Source: an uncultured Poribacteria bacterium
GTDB lineage: Bacteria > Poribacteria > WGA-4E > WGA-3G
Assembly: GCA_951813565.1 (NCBI GenBank)
Contig: OX638351.1
Span: 5,248,001 to 5,312,000, forward strand
Length of the DNA: 64,000 nt
Direction of reading: 5' to 3'
Numbering within the stretch: position 1 is the stretch's first letter; the number at the start of each line of letters is the position of its first letter. The notes beneath the pieces are model-generated. The model was not told where the DNA came from. It ran no database searches and saw only the letters and a list, made by a program, of their open reading frames with translations. Positions 1 to 9,391 of the stretch are shown piece after piece. The position numbers and the translations under genes are program-made.

Positions 1-2146
1 TCGCGCGGCGGTTTTTGATCCCAAGATCTCCGATAAATTCTGGTATCATAGGTTCAACGATTTCACCCGAATCGTCTAACCAATTGCCTCTCGGCAAAAT
101 GCGCGTTGTTCGCGGTTGAACCGACAAGGTTGTTAAGGAATATGGACTCTTGGAATTGATCTCATTTTTGCGTTTTTCGAGGTCGGCAATCTGGTTGCGG
201 ATACCGTCAAGGGCAGGGGCAATTTGTCTATAATAGTCAGCAATCTGTTTTCGTTGGTTTGTCGTTCTAACAAAAGAATCAACTTGGATTGCTTTGAGGG
301 CAGCAGCATCGTGGGTATTCTTCGTCGCTGCGGCAAGAGTTGTCGCAATGCCTGCTACATCCCAATATGCTTTACCACCAAACTGTGCAAACGCCATACC
401 GTTCAGGACACTCCCCGCTTTCAATCCAACGACTGCGGGGTCAACTTCAAGACGCACCCATTCACCAAGATTTGGAAGATCTCCCATCGGTTTGTGAGCG
501 GGTATATCATTCCCTATTCCACCATAAGTAATTTTGTCTTCACCCCAGAATGCCCGGTGGTCCCAGTTTCCATCGTTCCACTGAAGCATGATTGTTTTCG
601 GAGGATTTTCGGGGTCTAACCAGACATAAGCAAAAAGTTTGTCGCCCTCAGCCAGCGTGATTTTCCGATTTGCGCCTCGGAAGGCATGCTGCACAAGTTG
701 TTCTGGTGCTGCGGTCTGTATCCGTGAACGTTCTTTGCTGAAAACTGGACCCTCATTTTGGGCAACAAATTTCCACGTGCCTTCAGTTCTACCACCGTTT
801 GACTGTGCATCGTCTACCCATGCGAAATCAGCTACTTCTGTTGAAGAGAGAAGTGAACGGATTTCTTGCTCCCACTTTGTTTGTTCAGCTTGCAATCCAG
901 GTGATGGCAACTCATATACTTTGCGTAATCTCACTAATTCATCGTCAATTTTCTGCAATTCATCTTGTTGTTCCGGTGATGGTAGCATTACAACCGGATC
1001 CCATTTACTTCCTCCACCATATACACCGGGGCCCTGAATATCAGCGAAGAAAGCAGCAAAGCTGTAAAAATCCTTTGCAGTGTAAGGGTCAAATTTATGG
1101 TCGTGGCATTGTGCGCAGCCGAGTGTAGCCCCTAACCAGACAGACGCTGTGGTTCGCACCCTATCAGCAGCATAGATTGCGAGGTATTCTTTTGCTTGTG
1201 CGCCACCTTCGGCAGTGGTTTGATTTAATCTGTTATACCCTGATGCGACTTTCTGTTCTGGTGATGCATTCGGAAGCAGATCGCCTGCAAGGTTTTCTAA
1301 TGTAAATTGATCAAACGGCATATTATCATTAAATGCTTTAATCACATAGTCTCTGTAGGGCCATACGCTAACATTCTCGTCCGAATGGTAACCGCTTGTA
1401 TCAGCATAGCGGACCAGATCAAGCCAGTAAATCGCAAGCCTCTCGCCGTACTGCGGTGTTGACAGCAGGCGATTGACCAGGCCCTCATAAGTCCCTGGAC
1501 GTTCATCTCTTACGAATTGATCTACCTCAGCTGGTGTTGGTAATAACCCCGTTAAATCAAAGTATAGACGGCGAATGAGTGTTCGTTTATCCGCCTCTGA
1601 AGAAGGTTCAAGCCCTTCTGTATCTAACTTTCCGAGAATAAATTGATCAATCGGATTTCGCACCCAATCAAGATTTTTAACTTCTGGTGCTTCAATCCGT
1701 TTCGGTGGACTATAAGCCCAATGTTCCTCCCACTCAGCACCTTCAGCAATCCATTGAATTAACGTATCAATCTGTTCTTGGGTAGGTTGACGATTAGAGG
1801 TTTGCGGTGGCATCCGTCTATCAATGTCTTCGTGTGTGATACGCTGGACCAATTCACTGTTTTCTGGGTCACCGGGGACGATAATTGGAAAACCGCGTGG
1901 TGCAGAGAATGCACCTTCCTTAATATCAAGTCGTAGTTCGGCTTGCCGTACCGCCGGATCGGGCCCGTGGCACGCATAGCACTTATCGGACAAAATCGGA
2001 CGAATATCTCGATCAAATTGGATTTTCTTAGCAGCGGCGAGCTGTGCTGTCGTTGTCAGGAACAACGCGATTGCTAAAAAACATATAAACCCTTTGCATA
2101 ATGGCAGCAACGAAAATAACTTTGTTTGTTGGTACGTCCTAAACAT
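1..2146 (-). CDS. Planctomycete-type cytochrome c / DUF1549 / DUF1553 (PSCyt/PSD1) protein, 3' end outside window
   Basis: Absent from the ORF track because it runs off the edge. Manual translation from ATG 2146 (GAGGAG upstream) gives a signal peptide, then IQFDRDIRPILSDKCYACHGPD (CxxCH), and later EEHWAY, WLDLVRYADTSGYHSD and a second CxxCH (CAQCHDHKFDP). Confidence 0.9.
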   Translation of the reverse strand, partial: MFRTYQQTKLFSLLPLCKGFICFLAIALFLTTTAQLAAAKKIQFDRDIRPILSDKCYACHGPDPAVRQAELRLDIKEGAFSAPRGFPIIVPGDPENSELVQRITHEDIDRRMPPQTSNRQPTQEQIDTLIQWIAEGAEWEEHWAYSPPKRIEAPEVKNLDWVRNPIDQFILGKLDTEGLEPSSEADKRTLIRRLYFDLTGLLPTPAEVDQFVRDERPGTYEGLVNRLLSTPQYGERLAIYWLDLVRYADTSGYHSDENVSVWPYRDYVIKAFNDNMPFDQFTLENLAGDLLPNASPEQKVASGYNRLNQTTAEGGAQAKEYLAIYAADRVRTTASVWLGATLGCAQCHDHKFDPYTAKDFYSFAAFFADIQGPGVYGGGSKWDPVVMLPSPEQQDELQKIDDELVRLRKVYELPSPGLQAEQTKWEQEIRSLLSSTEVADFAWVDDAQSNGGRTEGTWKFVAQNEGPVFSKERSRIQTAAPEQLVQHAFRGANRKITLAEGDKLFAYVWLDPENPPKTIMLQWNDGNWDHRAFWGEDKITYGGIGNDIPAHKPMGDLPNLGEWVRLEVDPAVVGLKAGSVLNGMAFAQFGGKAYWDVAGIATTLAAATKNTHDAAALKAIQVDSFVRTTNQRKQIADYYRQIAPALDGIRNQIADLEKRKNEINSKSPYSLTTLSVQPRTTRILPRGNWLDDSGEIVEPMIPEFIGDLGIKNRRA

Positions 2147-2409
2147 TGTAGAACATCTCCTCCTCGCAAGTAGACGAAAATATTGGTGCTATAAACCTTA
2201 AGATTTTGTATGGCAAGTAATTTATCATAAAAATGAAATATGTGCAAATCAAATCTTTCAGGGCAAGATTATTTAGTTTTAAGAATTACCAGTTGATGCG
2301 TGTTACTGAAAGTTTATATTGTCCGTTGGGTAGAGTTTTTGGAAACCGAACTCGTATGCGCAAATGTCGGGTTTTGCACGCTCTACCCAACGAACAATAC
2401 TATAATATA

Positions 2410-2776
2410 CTATACTTTGGACAATTTTAGCTGTTTTCGTGAGGTTGGGTTAGAGAAAAACATATAGTTTTCATATTGGACACCTGTCGCCCCGCTGGGG
2501 CTGAAGCGGGTTGTTTACCGCGTTTCTATACACCTGTCGCCCCGCTGGGGCTGCCCAAAAGGTATTTTGGACGAGTTCTTTCAGCAAGCAAAATCGCAGA
2601 AAATATAAATAATATAAGATGACACCTTAGCCCCAGCGGGGCGACAGGTATATAGAAGAAGGTAATTGCCGCTGTCTAAAGCCCCAGCGGGGCGACAGGT
2701 GTCCAATATTTTGCTTTGGACACCTAACAGTTTCTCAGCAAGTCCTCGAACAATATGTAAATTGTCCAAACTATAG
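2410..2776. mobile_element. MITE containing 2+2 inverted REP-like palindromes
   Basis: TIRs CTATACTTTGGACAATTT / AAATTGTCCAAACTATAG (17/18) and a 9-bp flanking direct repeat TATAATATA. Internal CACCTGTCGCCCCGCTGGGGCT at 2481 and 2531, with inverted copies at 2629 and 2680. Confidence 0.8.
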
Positions 2777-2783
2777 TATAATA

Positions 2784-3348
2784 TAACGTGAGTTTGATAA
2801 TTAACTGGACAGGCAAAAATTGAACAGAGAACGGGCATATTTGCTGAAAAAATCGTTATTTTGGTGTTTTTAACCCCTAATACCACATTAACTTGATTCA
2901 TATTTATGGAGCAGTTAGGAAAACGTACCTTATGCATCAATTTAAGGATATACCCTCTTGTGGGAGTGAATCAACGCAGCATGCGCGTCCGGCATGCTGC
3001 CAAATCAACGCCAAATGCGCTTTTTGGCATTTGGCGGGTTTTCAACCCCGATTTTCTTCTGTAGGAGCGACCTCCCGGTCGCGAGCTGGAGCTCGCTCCT
3101 ACAGAATGTCCGAGGCGACAAGTCATGGCGAATACCACGCGTATTCGCCCAAGTGCGCTTGGCGTTGATTTGGCAATGAATTGCGCGACTACGCTTTTTT
3201 TCTTAAATTGACAGTTATGGTGCGGTTAGGAAACCGCACCTACCGTCCGGAAAATGCGATAAATCCCGTTAATTTGGTATAAATCCCCCTTATCAGAGGA
3301 CTTTAAGAGGAAATGTAGAAATCCTAACTATTTATCAAACTCACGTTA
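2784..3348. mobile_element. Nested MITE stack (at least 4 layers)
   Basis: Outer TIR TAACGTGAGTTTGATAA/TTATCAAACTCACGTTA; then TAATACCACATTAAC (2878)/GTTAATTTGGTATA (3281); then TCAATTTAAG (~2937)/CTTAAATTGACAGTTATG (~3218). Innermost are REP hairpins and AATCAACGC modules. Confidence 0.75.
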
Positions 3349-3353
3349 ATAAG

Positions 3354-3980
3354 TTATTTGCAGCCACATAACGCGCTGAGGTATTCCTCAGCGCGTTTTC
3401 CTGCACCTGTCGGCGACATAATACCTGACATAACTGCAACACCTGCTGCCCTCGTTTCCAAGCACTCACCAGCACGCGCTGGCGTAATCCCCCCAAGTGC
3501 AAACACAGGTAACTTGATTTGTTTCACTAACTTTTCAAGGTTTGCCACACCAACAGCCGGTCCATATCCAAGTTTGCTTGCTGTTGGATATATTGGACTA
3601 TAAGTGATGAAATCTGCGCCTTGAGTCTCTCGTTTTTTGGCAGCATCAACACCGTGTATTGAACATCCGATCAGAAAATCGGAGTTTGACTGTGCTTTCA
3701 CTTTGTCTACAGACACATCAATATCGGGTAGATGAACACCTACAGCACCCACATCAATAGCGACTTGTACATTGGTATTAATGAATAGACTCGCGTTATT
3801 CGTTTGACACAAATCGGATATAGGTTTTGCCAACTCGTACAAAGCAACTTCGTCTAAATCTTTTTCGCGCAGTTGGATTGCACTGACCCCAACATCCAAA
3901 ATTTCTGAAATGACAGTGAGTAAAGACTTGGGTGCGCACAAGTGCCTATTTGTAATGACATACAGATTAAAATCAATCAT
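3354..3980 (-). CDS. thiE: Thiamine-phosphate synthase (ThiE/TenI family)
   Basis: LYVIT, IQLREK, GVHL, GCSIH, SPIYPTASK and PVFALGGI motifs. Confidence 0.85.
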   Translation of the reverse strand: MIDFNLYVITNRHLCAPKSLLTVISEILDVGVSAIQLREKDLDEVALYELAKPISDLCQTNNASLFINTNVQVAIDVGAVGVHLPDIDVSVDKVKAQSNSDFLIGCSIHGVDAAKKRETQGADFITYSPIYPTASKLGYGPAVGVANLEKLVKQIKLPVFALGGITPARAGECLETRAAGVAVMSGIMSPTGAGKRAEEYLSALCGCK

Positions 3981-3989
3981 TTGTTATGG

Positions 3990-5366
3990 TTAGATACGAC
4001 GAAGTCTTGCAGCGAAAGCACCATCGACTCCATGCTCATGGGGAAAAGTTTGCAGAAAGCCTTGAGGTGTTATTGCACTCTGTGGAATATCGGGTAAGAA
4101 TTCACTCGCATGTTCCAATGTAAACATCGGAAAATTCTTCAAAAACCGATTGATGATTTCTTCATTTTCTGTCGGTTCAATTGTACAAGTGCTGTAAACT
4201 AAAATACCGCCGGGTTTGATATGTGGTGCCGCATTTTTTAAAAGACGGTACTGTAGGTTGCTAAGAGAACGCAGTTGATCAGATGTTTTGTTCCAACGTA
4301 TGTCGGGGTGTCGCCGAAGTGTGCCGAACCCTGAACATGGCACGTCTATAAGCACAGCATCTGCAGCGCTGATAAAACTGAGATCCGCTTTTGTGGCGTC
4401 TATTGTTCGGGTTTCCACGTTCTGAACTCCGATGCGCTTGCAATTCTCTCGCAATATATTAAGCTTCTTCTCAGAAATATCAACGGCAATTATCTTACCT
4501 GAATTACCCAGCATACACGCGATGTGTGTTGTTTTACCTCCTGGCGCTGCGCATAGGTCAACAACCAACTTTGGAGATTCCGACATGAGCAAGTACGGAA
4601 CTAACATTGCACTCTCGTCTTGTACATAGACGTCATCACGATTAAGCACATCTTTTAACGTTTTTTCGCTGGTAGCACTTGAAACAGCATCGTAAGCAGT
4701 GATCGTTCCATTATCTATCACGATACCATCAGGCGCTATTTCCGAAACTTTGGTAGATAACCCGTTTGATTTTAGAGATTCGCTGAGTTCATCACGATTT
4801 GTTAGAAGGGAATTCGCGCGAAACGTTAGCGGAGCAACTTTATTGCTTGCTTGGCAAAATGCCAAAGTCCAGGGAAGTCCGCGCGTATGAATCCACTTAT
4901 TCACTAACCATTTCGGATATGACAGTGAGAAAGATATATGTTCTATTGGGTGAGTGTCAAGCGGAGGATAGGATAATTCTGATTCCTTGCGTTGAAGGGA
5001 ACGTAAAACAGCATTAATAAAACCAGCTGTCTTTCTATTCTTTTTGAAAAGTTGGACAGTTTCAAAAATTGCGGCGTGCGGAGGAATGCCATCAAGGTGT
5101 AACAATTGAAACGCGCCGAGCCGAAGGATAGCACGACGCTTTGTATCTAACCGAAATTGAGGGTTGATGAAATGTTCCAGCACCCAATCCAATTGTTGTC
5201 GCCAACGAACAACGCCATAGACCAATGCGTTTGCCAACCGGCGTTCACGACCGTTGAGAGTGGACCGCTTAAATGCGTTATCAACAACAACCGCAATTGA
5301 CAAATCAGTTTCAGAGAGGTCCAAGAGACATGTTAATGCGACTTCGCGTGCATTCATTATTACCAT
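3990..5366 (-). CDS. rsmB: 16S rRNA m5C967 methyltransferase
   Basis: NusB-like N-terminus; VQDESA, DLCAAPGGKT, DVPCSGFG and LVYSTCT motifs. Confidence 0.95.
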   Translation of the reverse strand: MVIMNAREVALTCLLDLSETDLSIAVVVDNAFKRSTLNGRERRLANALVYGVVRWRQQLDWVLEHFINPQFRLDTKRRAILRLGAFQLLHLDGIPPHAAIFETVQLFKKNRKTAGFINAVLRSLQRKESELSYPPLDTHPIEHISFSLSYPKWLVNKWIHTRGLPWTLAFCQASNKVAPLTFRANSLLTNRDELSESLKSNGLSTKVSEIAPDGIVIDNGTITAYDAVSSATSEKTLKDVLNRDDVYVQDESAMLVPYLLMSESPKLVVDLCAAPGGKTTHIACMLGNSGKIIAVDISEKKLNILRENCKRIGVQNVETRTIDATKADLSFISAADAVLIDVPCSGFGTLRRHPDIRWNKTSDQLRSLSNLQYRLLKNAAPHIKPGGILVYSTCTIEPTENEEIINRFLKNFPMFTLEHASEFLPDIPQSAITPQGFLQTFPHEHGVDGAFAARLRRI

Positions 5367-5468
5367 CTTACCTACACGCTGTACGATGCTCTTGTGCGGA
5401 TTAAAACAACACCACCAACTTGCTGGATCTGAGTAGATTTAGAAATTGATGCGGATGTAATTAGCAGA

Positions 5469-5732
5469 TTAGGCAGTAAGCGCGTTTAACTTGCGAACAA
5501 TTCGTGATTTTTGGCGATTCGCAGTGCCTTTTTTGATAACACCTTTACTTGCGGCTCTATCAAGCAAACTTACAGTGGTTTTGCACAATTGTTGTGCTTT
5601 TTCTACGTCACCTTCCTGAAGTGCTAATTCGGCAGCTTTCAGCGAAGTTCTGAGCGTCAATTTCCGGTGTCTGTTACGCGTACGTTTTTTCGCATCCGCG
5701 CGTGCATGTTTCTTTGCAGATTGTCTATGCAA
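5469..5732 (-). CDS. rpsT: 30S ribosomal protein S20
   Basis: SAKKHAR...RNR...LDRAASKGVIKKGTANRQKSR; AAGGAG RBS with TTG start. Confidence 0.95.
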   Translation of the reverse strand: MHRQSAKKHARADAKKRTRNRHRKLTLRTSLKAAELALQEGDVEKAQQLCKTTVSLLDRAASKGVIKKGTANRQKSRIVRKLNALTA

Positions 5733-5820
5733 AACGTAACTCCTTATTTTATTAATGTTTTATATACTTCCATTAATGATACCACAAAAATCGGTGTTTG
5801 TCCAAAATTTCTGAACATTT

Positions 5821-5960
5821 GTAATTTACTTGTAGATTTTTTGACATACTCCCCAAGCTAAAGCATGGGGATTCTTCTATCATCAGAGACAACCTGCCGA
5901 AGCGGGTATTACGTCTCCTCCTGAAAAGGTTGACGCCCCAACCTTATGAATGTTTATAGC
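5821..5960 (-). ncRNA. Predicted TnpB omegaRNA (reRNA) plus flanking guide; boundaries approximate
   Basis: Established position for TnpB elements (overlapping the tnpB 3' end and right-end hairpin). Predicted guide is the sequence after TCAA: AAAAUCUACAAGUAAA... Confidence 0.65.
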
Positions 5961-7230
5961 AGCGTTTATATCGCGGTCATGAGAGATTTTACAATTATGG
6001 CAATACCAATCGCGCAGATTCAAATCAAAGAACTTATGGATTTGTCCGCAGGAATGGCAAACTTTACTTGTGGGTGTCCATCTGTCAATCTGCTTGACAT
6101 GCTTGCATCGTTTTTGTGCTTGCCATTTGATTTTCAGCATGAAATCTGCAAAGGCGTAGTCAGAGACTTTTCGTCCCCAGAGTCGTTTCATGCCGTCAAG
6201 GTTCAAGTCTTCAAAGTAGCAGACATCAAACTTTCGGACAAGTTCAAGTGCGAGTTTCCAGTGATGGTCTTCACGTTGCCGATTGATTTTCCTGTGTACC
6301 CGTGCAAGGTCTTTCCTCGCACGCTCGCGATTGTTGCTGCCTTTTTGCTTCCGAGACAACGCACGGCTCGCACGTTTTATCAGTTTAGCAGCAGATTTAT
6401 AGCATTCAGGAGATTGATATTTCGTGCCATCGGAACAGGTGAGGAAGTGCTTGAGTCCAAAGTCAAACCCTGCTGTCCTACCAGTCTTAGGTGCAGGCTC
6501 AAGTCCCTCAGTGTCTGTTGTGATAGTGATATACCAATCCCCTACAAAGTCTTTCTTAACGGTAACTCGTTTGATGTTGCCTTCAATAGGTCGGCTATAC
6601 CAGAATCGGTACCAGCGTCTATTGATACGGATTTTCGCAACGGGGCAGCCATCTATTTTGTTTATAGTTTCTATCTTAACTTGGCTACCATCAAAAGTCA
6701 TAGATTTATATTTATACCGACTTCTAAATTTAGGCGGACGCTTGGCTCTACCTTCAAAGAAGTTTTGCCAACCTCTGTCAACACGTTGGATACATTCCTG
6801 CAAACACCAAGAATACGGAACAGTCCAGTGTTGATATTTAGCAAGTCGTTTCAGTTTCGTCAGATGTTTAATCATTCTGTAGCAGCTTGGACGCTTATAG
6901 TCTTCGCAATGTCCGTAGATGCGATAGTGACGCTGCCACAACGCAACAAAATGGTTGTGGACATGCGCAATGATACGCAGGTCTTTTTGCAGATGACGAT
7001 TGCGTTTATGTTTTTGTCCCTTGTATTTGTAGGTTCGCATTACATATCCTTCGCATTACAATACCACTTTCAAATGGTGCGGTGGCACTCTCAAGCGAGA
7101 GGTGAAATCCACCGCTGTAATACTGAAGATAGTATAACACAAACGCAAGGAAAAATCAACAAAAAAATGGAGACGTTAGCGGTGTCTACATCCCCGAGCT
7201 AAAGCAACGGGGTTTTGACACCGAAGATTG
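5841..7230 (-). mobile_element. IS200/IS605-family element with tnpB only (IS1341-like)
   Basis: Subterminal hairpins at both ends (CCCCAAGCTAAAGCATGGGG ~5851; CCCCGAGCTAAAGCAACGGGG ~7192). On the minus strand the right end finishes in TCAA and the left end starts CAATCTTCGG after TTAT. No tnpA. Confidence 0.85.
5883..7040 (-). CDS. tnpB: RNA-guided endonuclease TnpB
   Basis: MRTYKY N-terminus, RuvC-I GFDFGLK, RuvC-II FEDLNL, zinc finger CHSC/CHNC, RuvC-III HDRDINAAINI. Confidence 0.95.
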   Translation of the reverse strand: MRTYKYKGQKHKRNRHLQKDLRIIAHVHNHFVALWQRHYRIYGHCEDYKRPSCYRMIKHLTKLKRLAKYQHWTVPYSWCLQECIQRVDRGWQNFFEGRAKRPPKFRSRYKYKSMTFDGSQVKIETINKIDGCPVAKIRINRRWYRFWYSRPIEGNIKRVTVKKDFVGDWYITITTDTEGLEPAPKTGRTAGFDFGLKHFLTCSDGTKYQSPECYKSAAKLIKRASRALSRKQKGSNNRERARKDLARVHRKINRQREDHHWKLALELVRKFDVCYFEDLNLDGMKRLWGRKVSDYAFADFMLKIKWQAQKRCKHVKQIDRWTPTSKVCHSCGQIHKFFDLNLRDWYCHNCKISHDRDINAAINIHKVGASTFSGGDVIPASAGCL

Positions 7231-7267
7231 ATAATACAATGCAGACAGTGCACTTACAAACCGTGCC

Positions 7268-7322
7268 TAAAGCCTGCTAATCCTGCAAATCTCGTAATCT
7301 TGTAAATCTTGGTTCAGACAAT
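7268..7322. repeat. Degenerate AATCCTG/AATCTTG short tandem repeat ending GGTTCAGACAA
   Basis: aatcctgca aatctcgt aatcttgta aatcttggttcagacaa, just downstream of the M28 gene. Confidence 0.45.
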
Positions 7323-9064
7323 TAACGCATAATAGCCAACTTTTTTATAATGGTGTATGTTTCACCTTTTGCGACAACAGAAATGTGGCAGATATAAATT
7401 CCGCCCGATACCGCTAACCCATAAGATGTCTGCTGATTCCACCACGTCCGCCATATCCGCTTGTCAAGTCTATCTTCTACACCCTCAATTCTCTTAATTA
7501 GGTTACCGTGGACGTCATATATGTTCACCTTCATCTCAGTAATTTCAAGATTTCCCTCAACACGGAATTCTGTCCGATTGTGAAAACGCACAGGATTTGG
7601 CGATACAATTACATCCTTCCAGACGAATCCCTCTTCTAAAACAACAGATTGCTTGACTGAAGCTGCACCGAGTGGATAACGTGCGACTACCATGAGAGTA
7701 TTTTCCCCTGGAGACAGTGGAATCGCTGCTGTGTAGGTTTGCTTTTCTCTATCTAATTTCGCTTCTACGCCACTCGGATGCACAATTATGTCAATGGGAA
7801 AGTCTGAAGTGAATGTTCCAGTGATTTGCAGCGGATTCTGTTTGACGATATGCTGTAGTTCAAGCGTAATCTGTGGCATCTGCCGCTTCGGCTGGAACAT
7901 ATCTGTGAGGAGACTATCCATCGTGACCAACACTAATTGGGTAATCTTCGTCACTAAACGGAAGTTAATCTTATCAATTGTATCACGGAACGTATGGTAG
8001 AACGTATTAGCATCATAGTTTTGCGAATCCCGCCAAGGTGTTGAACTCTCAATTAATGTGACTGCAGGATAACCTGAATCCCAAAAAGATTTGTGTGATG
8101 AGATGTCAATAAATTCGTCATGCGTTCGCCGTATTTTCAAGCCAATGTCGTACCATGTGTTTGAAATCGTGAGTGCACGGCTTATCCAGGTTGAGTCTCT
8201 ATTAGAAATCACCTCTACTAAATCACTTTTCCAGTTAAAACCAAGCATATCTAAATTAAAAACAGCGGTGATTTTTTTGGAGTCTGGTGTGCGTTTTGGT
8301 TTTAAAGAATCGCTGTCGGAATTTCCATTTGTAACTGCTTCACGAATATAGTTACGACTCCCCAGAAAACCAAGTTCCTCGCCACCTAATGCAATAAATC
8401 TTAATTCGTGGTCATATTCTTGCTGACTCAAGATATTGGCGATTTCCAACATTGCTGCCACACCAGTACCGTTTTTGTTTGCCCCCGGCGCACTTGATGC
8501 CAAAGGATTCCAGCTCGGTTCTCGTATTGCTTGTGTGTCATAGTGTGCACAGATAATAAAGACGTTCTTACTTGATGAAGTCGGTTTACGTGGCAGAACT
8601 GCAATTACGTTTCTGATACCCCCAATATCCTGTTCACTCACTCTCAGTCGTGAAGATCGGCTAAACTGCGCCATAATATAGTTTATTGCATTATCTGTTG
8701 CCTCGCGATGATGCGCGTTGCGTGTACGGTAGACAAGATGGTGAGGAAAAAACGTTACATTGTCTTGTAGCGCAGTAACATGTGAAATAAGCACATCAGA
8801 CTGCACTTTTTTGATGAGTTCATCACTATGCTCAGCATATACCGAATCAAAAAGGAAAAGTATAAATAAAAAAATTAGGCAGATTTGAACTATAGGAAGT
8901 TTATAGAATAGACCCGCAGAGTCATTCAATTCTTTAATAATTTCTTCCTTCTCCCTAAAACCTCTTCTTGTAGGAGCGAACTCCAGCTCGCGACCCTGTC
9001 CAAAATGCTGAGAAAAACACGAAAACTGAATGGCTCTGGATAGACCCGTAAATTGACTTGACAT
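7322..9064 (-). CDS. Secreted M28-family peptidase-like protein with C-terminal FlgD-Ig/T9SS-like domain
   Basis: CAHYD, GEELG, NLDMLG and YHT motifs; C-terminal SPNP...IYDVHGNLIK...WN...VSGGIY. Confidence 0.85.
   Translation of the reverse strand: MSSQFTGLSRAIQFSCFSQHFGQGRELEFAPTRRGFREKEEIIKELNDSAGLFYKLPIVQICLIFLFILFLFDSVYAEHSDELIKKVQSDVLISHVTALQDNVTFFPHHLVYRTRNAHHREATDNAINYIMAQFSRSSRLRVSEQDIGGIRNVIAVLPRKPTSSSKNVFIICAHYDTQAIREPSWNPLASSAPGANKNGTGVAAMLEIANILSQQEYDHELRFIALGGEELGFLGSRNYIREAVTNGNSDSDSLKPKRTPDSKKITAVFNLDMLGFNWKSDLVEVISNRDSTWISRALTISNTWYDIGLKIRRTHDEFIDISSHKSFWDSGYPAVTLIESSTPWRDSQNYDANTFYHTFRDTIDKINFRLVTKITQLVLVTMDSLLTDMFQPKRQMPQITLELQHIVKQNPLQITGTFTSDFPIDIIVHPSGVEAKLDREKQTYTAAIPLSPGENTLMVVARYPLGAASVKQSVVLEEGFVWKDVIVSPNPVRFHNRTEFRVEGNLEITEMKVNIYDVHGNLIKRIEGVEDRLDKRIWRTWWNQQTSYGLAVSGGIYICHISVVAKGETYTIIKKLAIMR
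8917..9039. mobile_element. 123-bp MITE inserted in frame in the M28 gene 5' end
   Basis: 9-bp direct repeat ATAGACCCG at 8908-8916 and 9040-9048; TIR CAGAGTCATTCAATT / AACTGAATGGCTCTG; central GTAGGAGCGA REP; related copy at ~56003-56296. Confidence 0.8.
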
Positions 9065-9154
9065 AGGTATTAATTTTTGATATTATGTAAGATAAAGTAA
9101 GCAATTATTTACAATAAATTCATAGACTAATTCAACACGGCAACGTTTTATTTT

Positions 9155-9288
9155 TATAGTGAATTCTACAATTAACTTACATCTGAGCTGTCCGAGGGAA
9201 CTCCGATTCCCCACTATTAGTGGTTTCGTCGCGATTCGGAGATCGCTCCTACAGAATATATGTGAACTTATTTACATAATTTACTATA
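9155..9288. mobile_element. MITE, TATAGT(G/A)AA...TTTACTATA family
   Basis: Terminal inverted repeats with REP core GTCGCGATTCGGAGATCGCTCCTACA; similar ends at 10338, ~56126 and ~58999. Confidence 0.65.
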
Positions 9289-9391
9289 ATACCTGTAAAG
9301 ATTAGCGTAAACAACGCCGCATTTCAGAAGATAACCTCTTGATTTTATCAGTTTCTTAGAGAGATTGCAAATAAAGATTTGGAGGACCATT

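Noticed and set aside
2233..3179. Short ORFs in repeat regions (also 25119-25731 and 55935-56515)
   Set aside because: They are translations of MITE, REP or tandem units, without RBS or protein features.
5946..7202. 418-aa plus-strand ORF
   Set aside because: It is the antisense shadow of tnpB, with no motifs or RBS.
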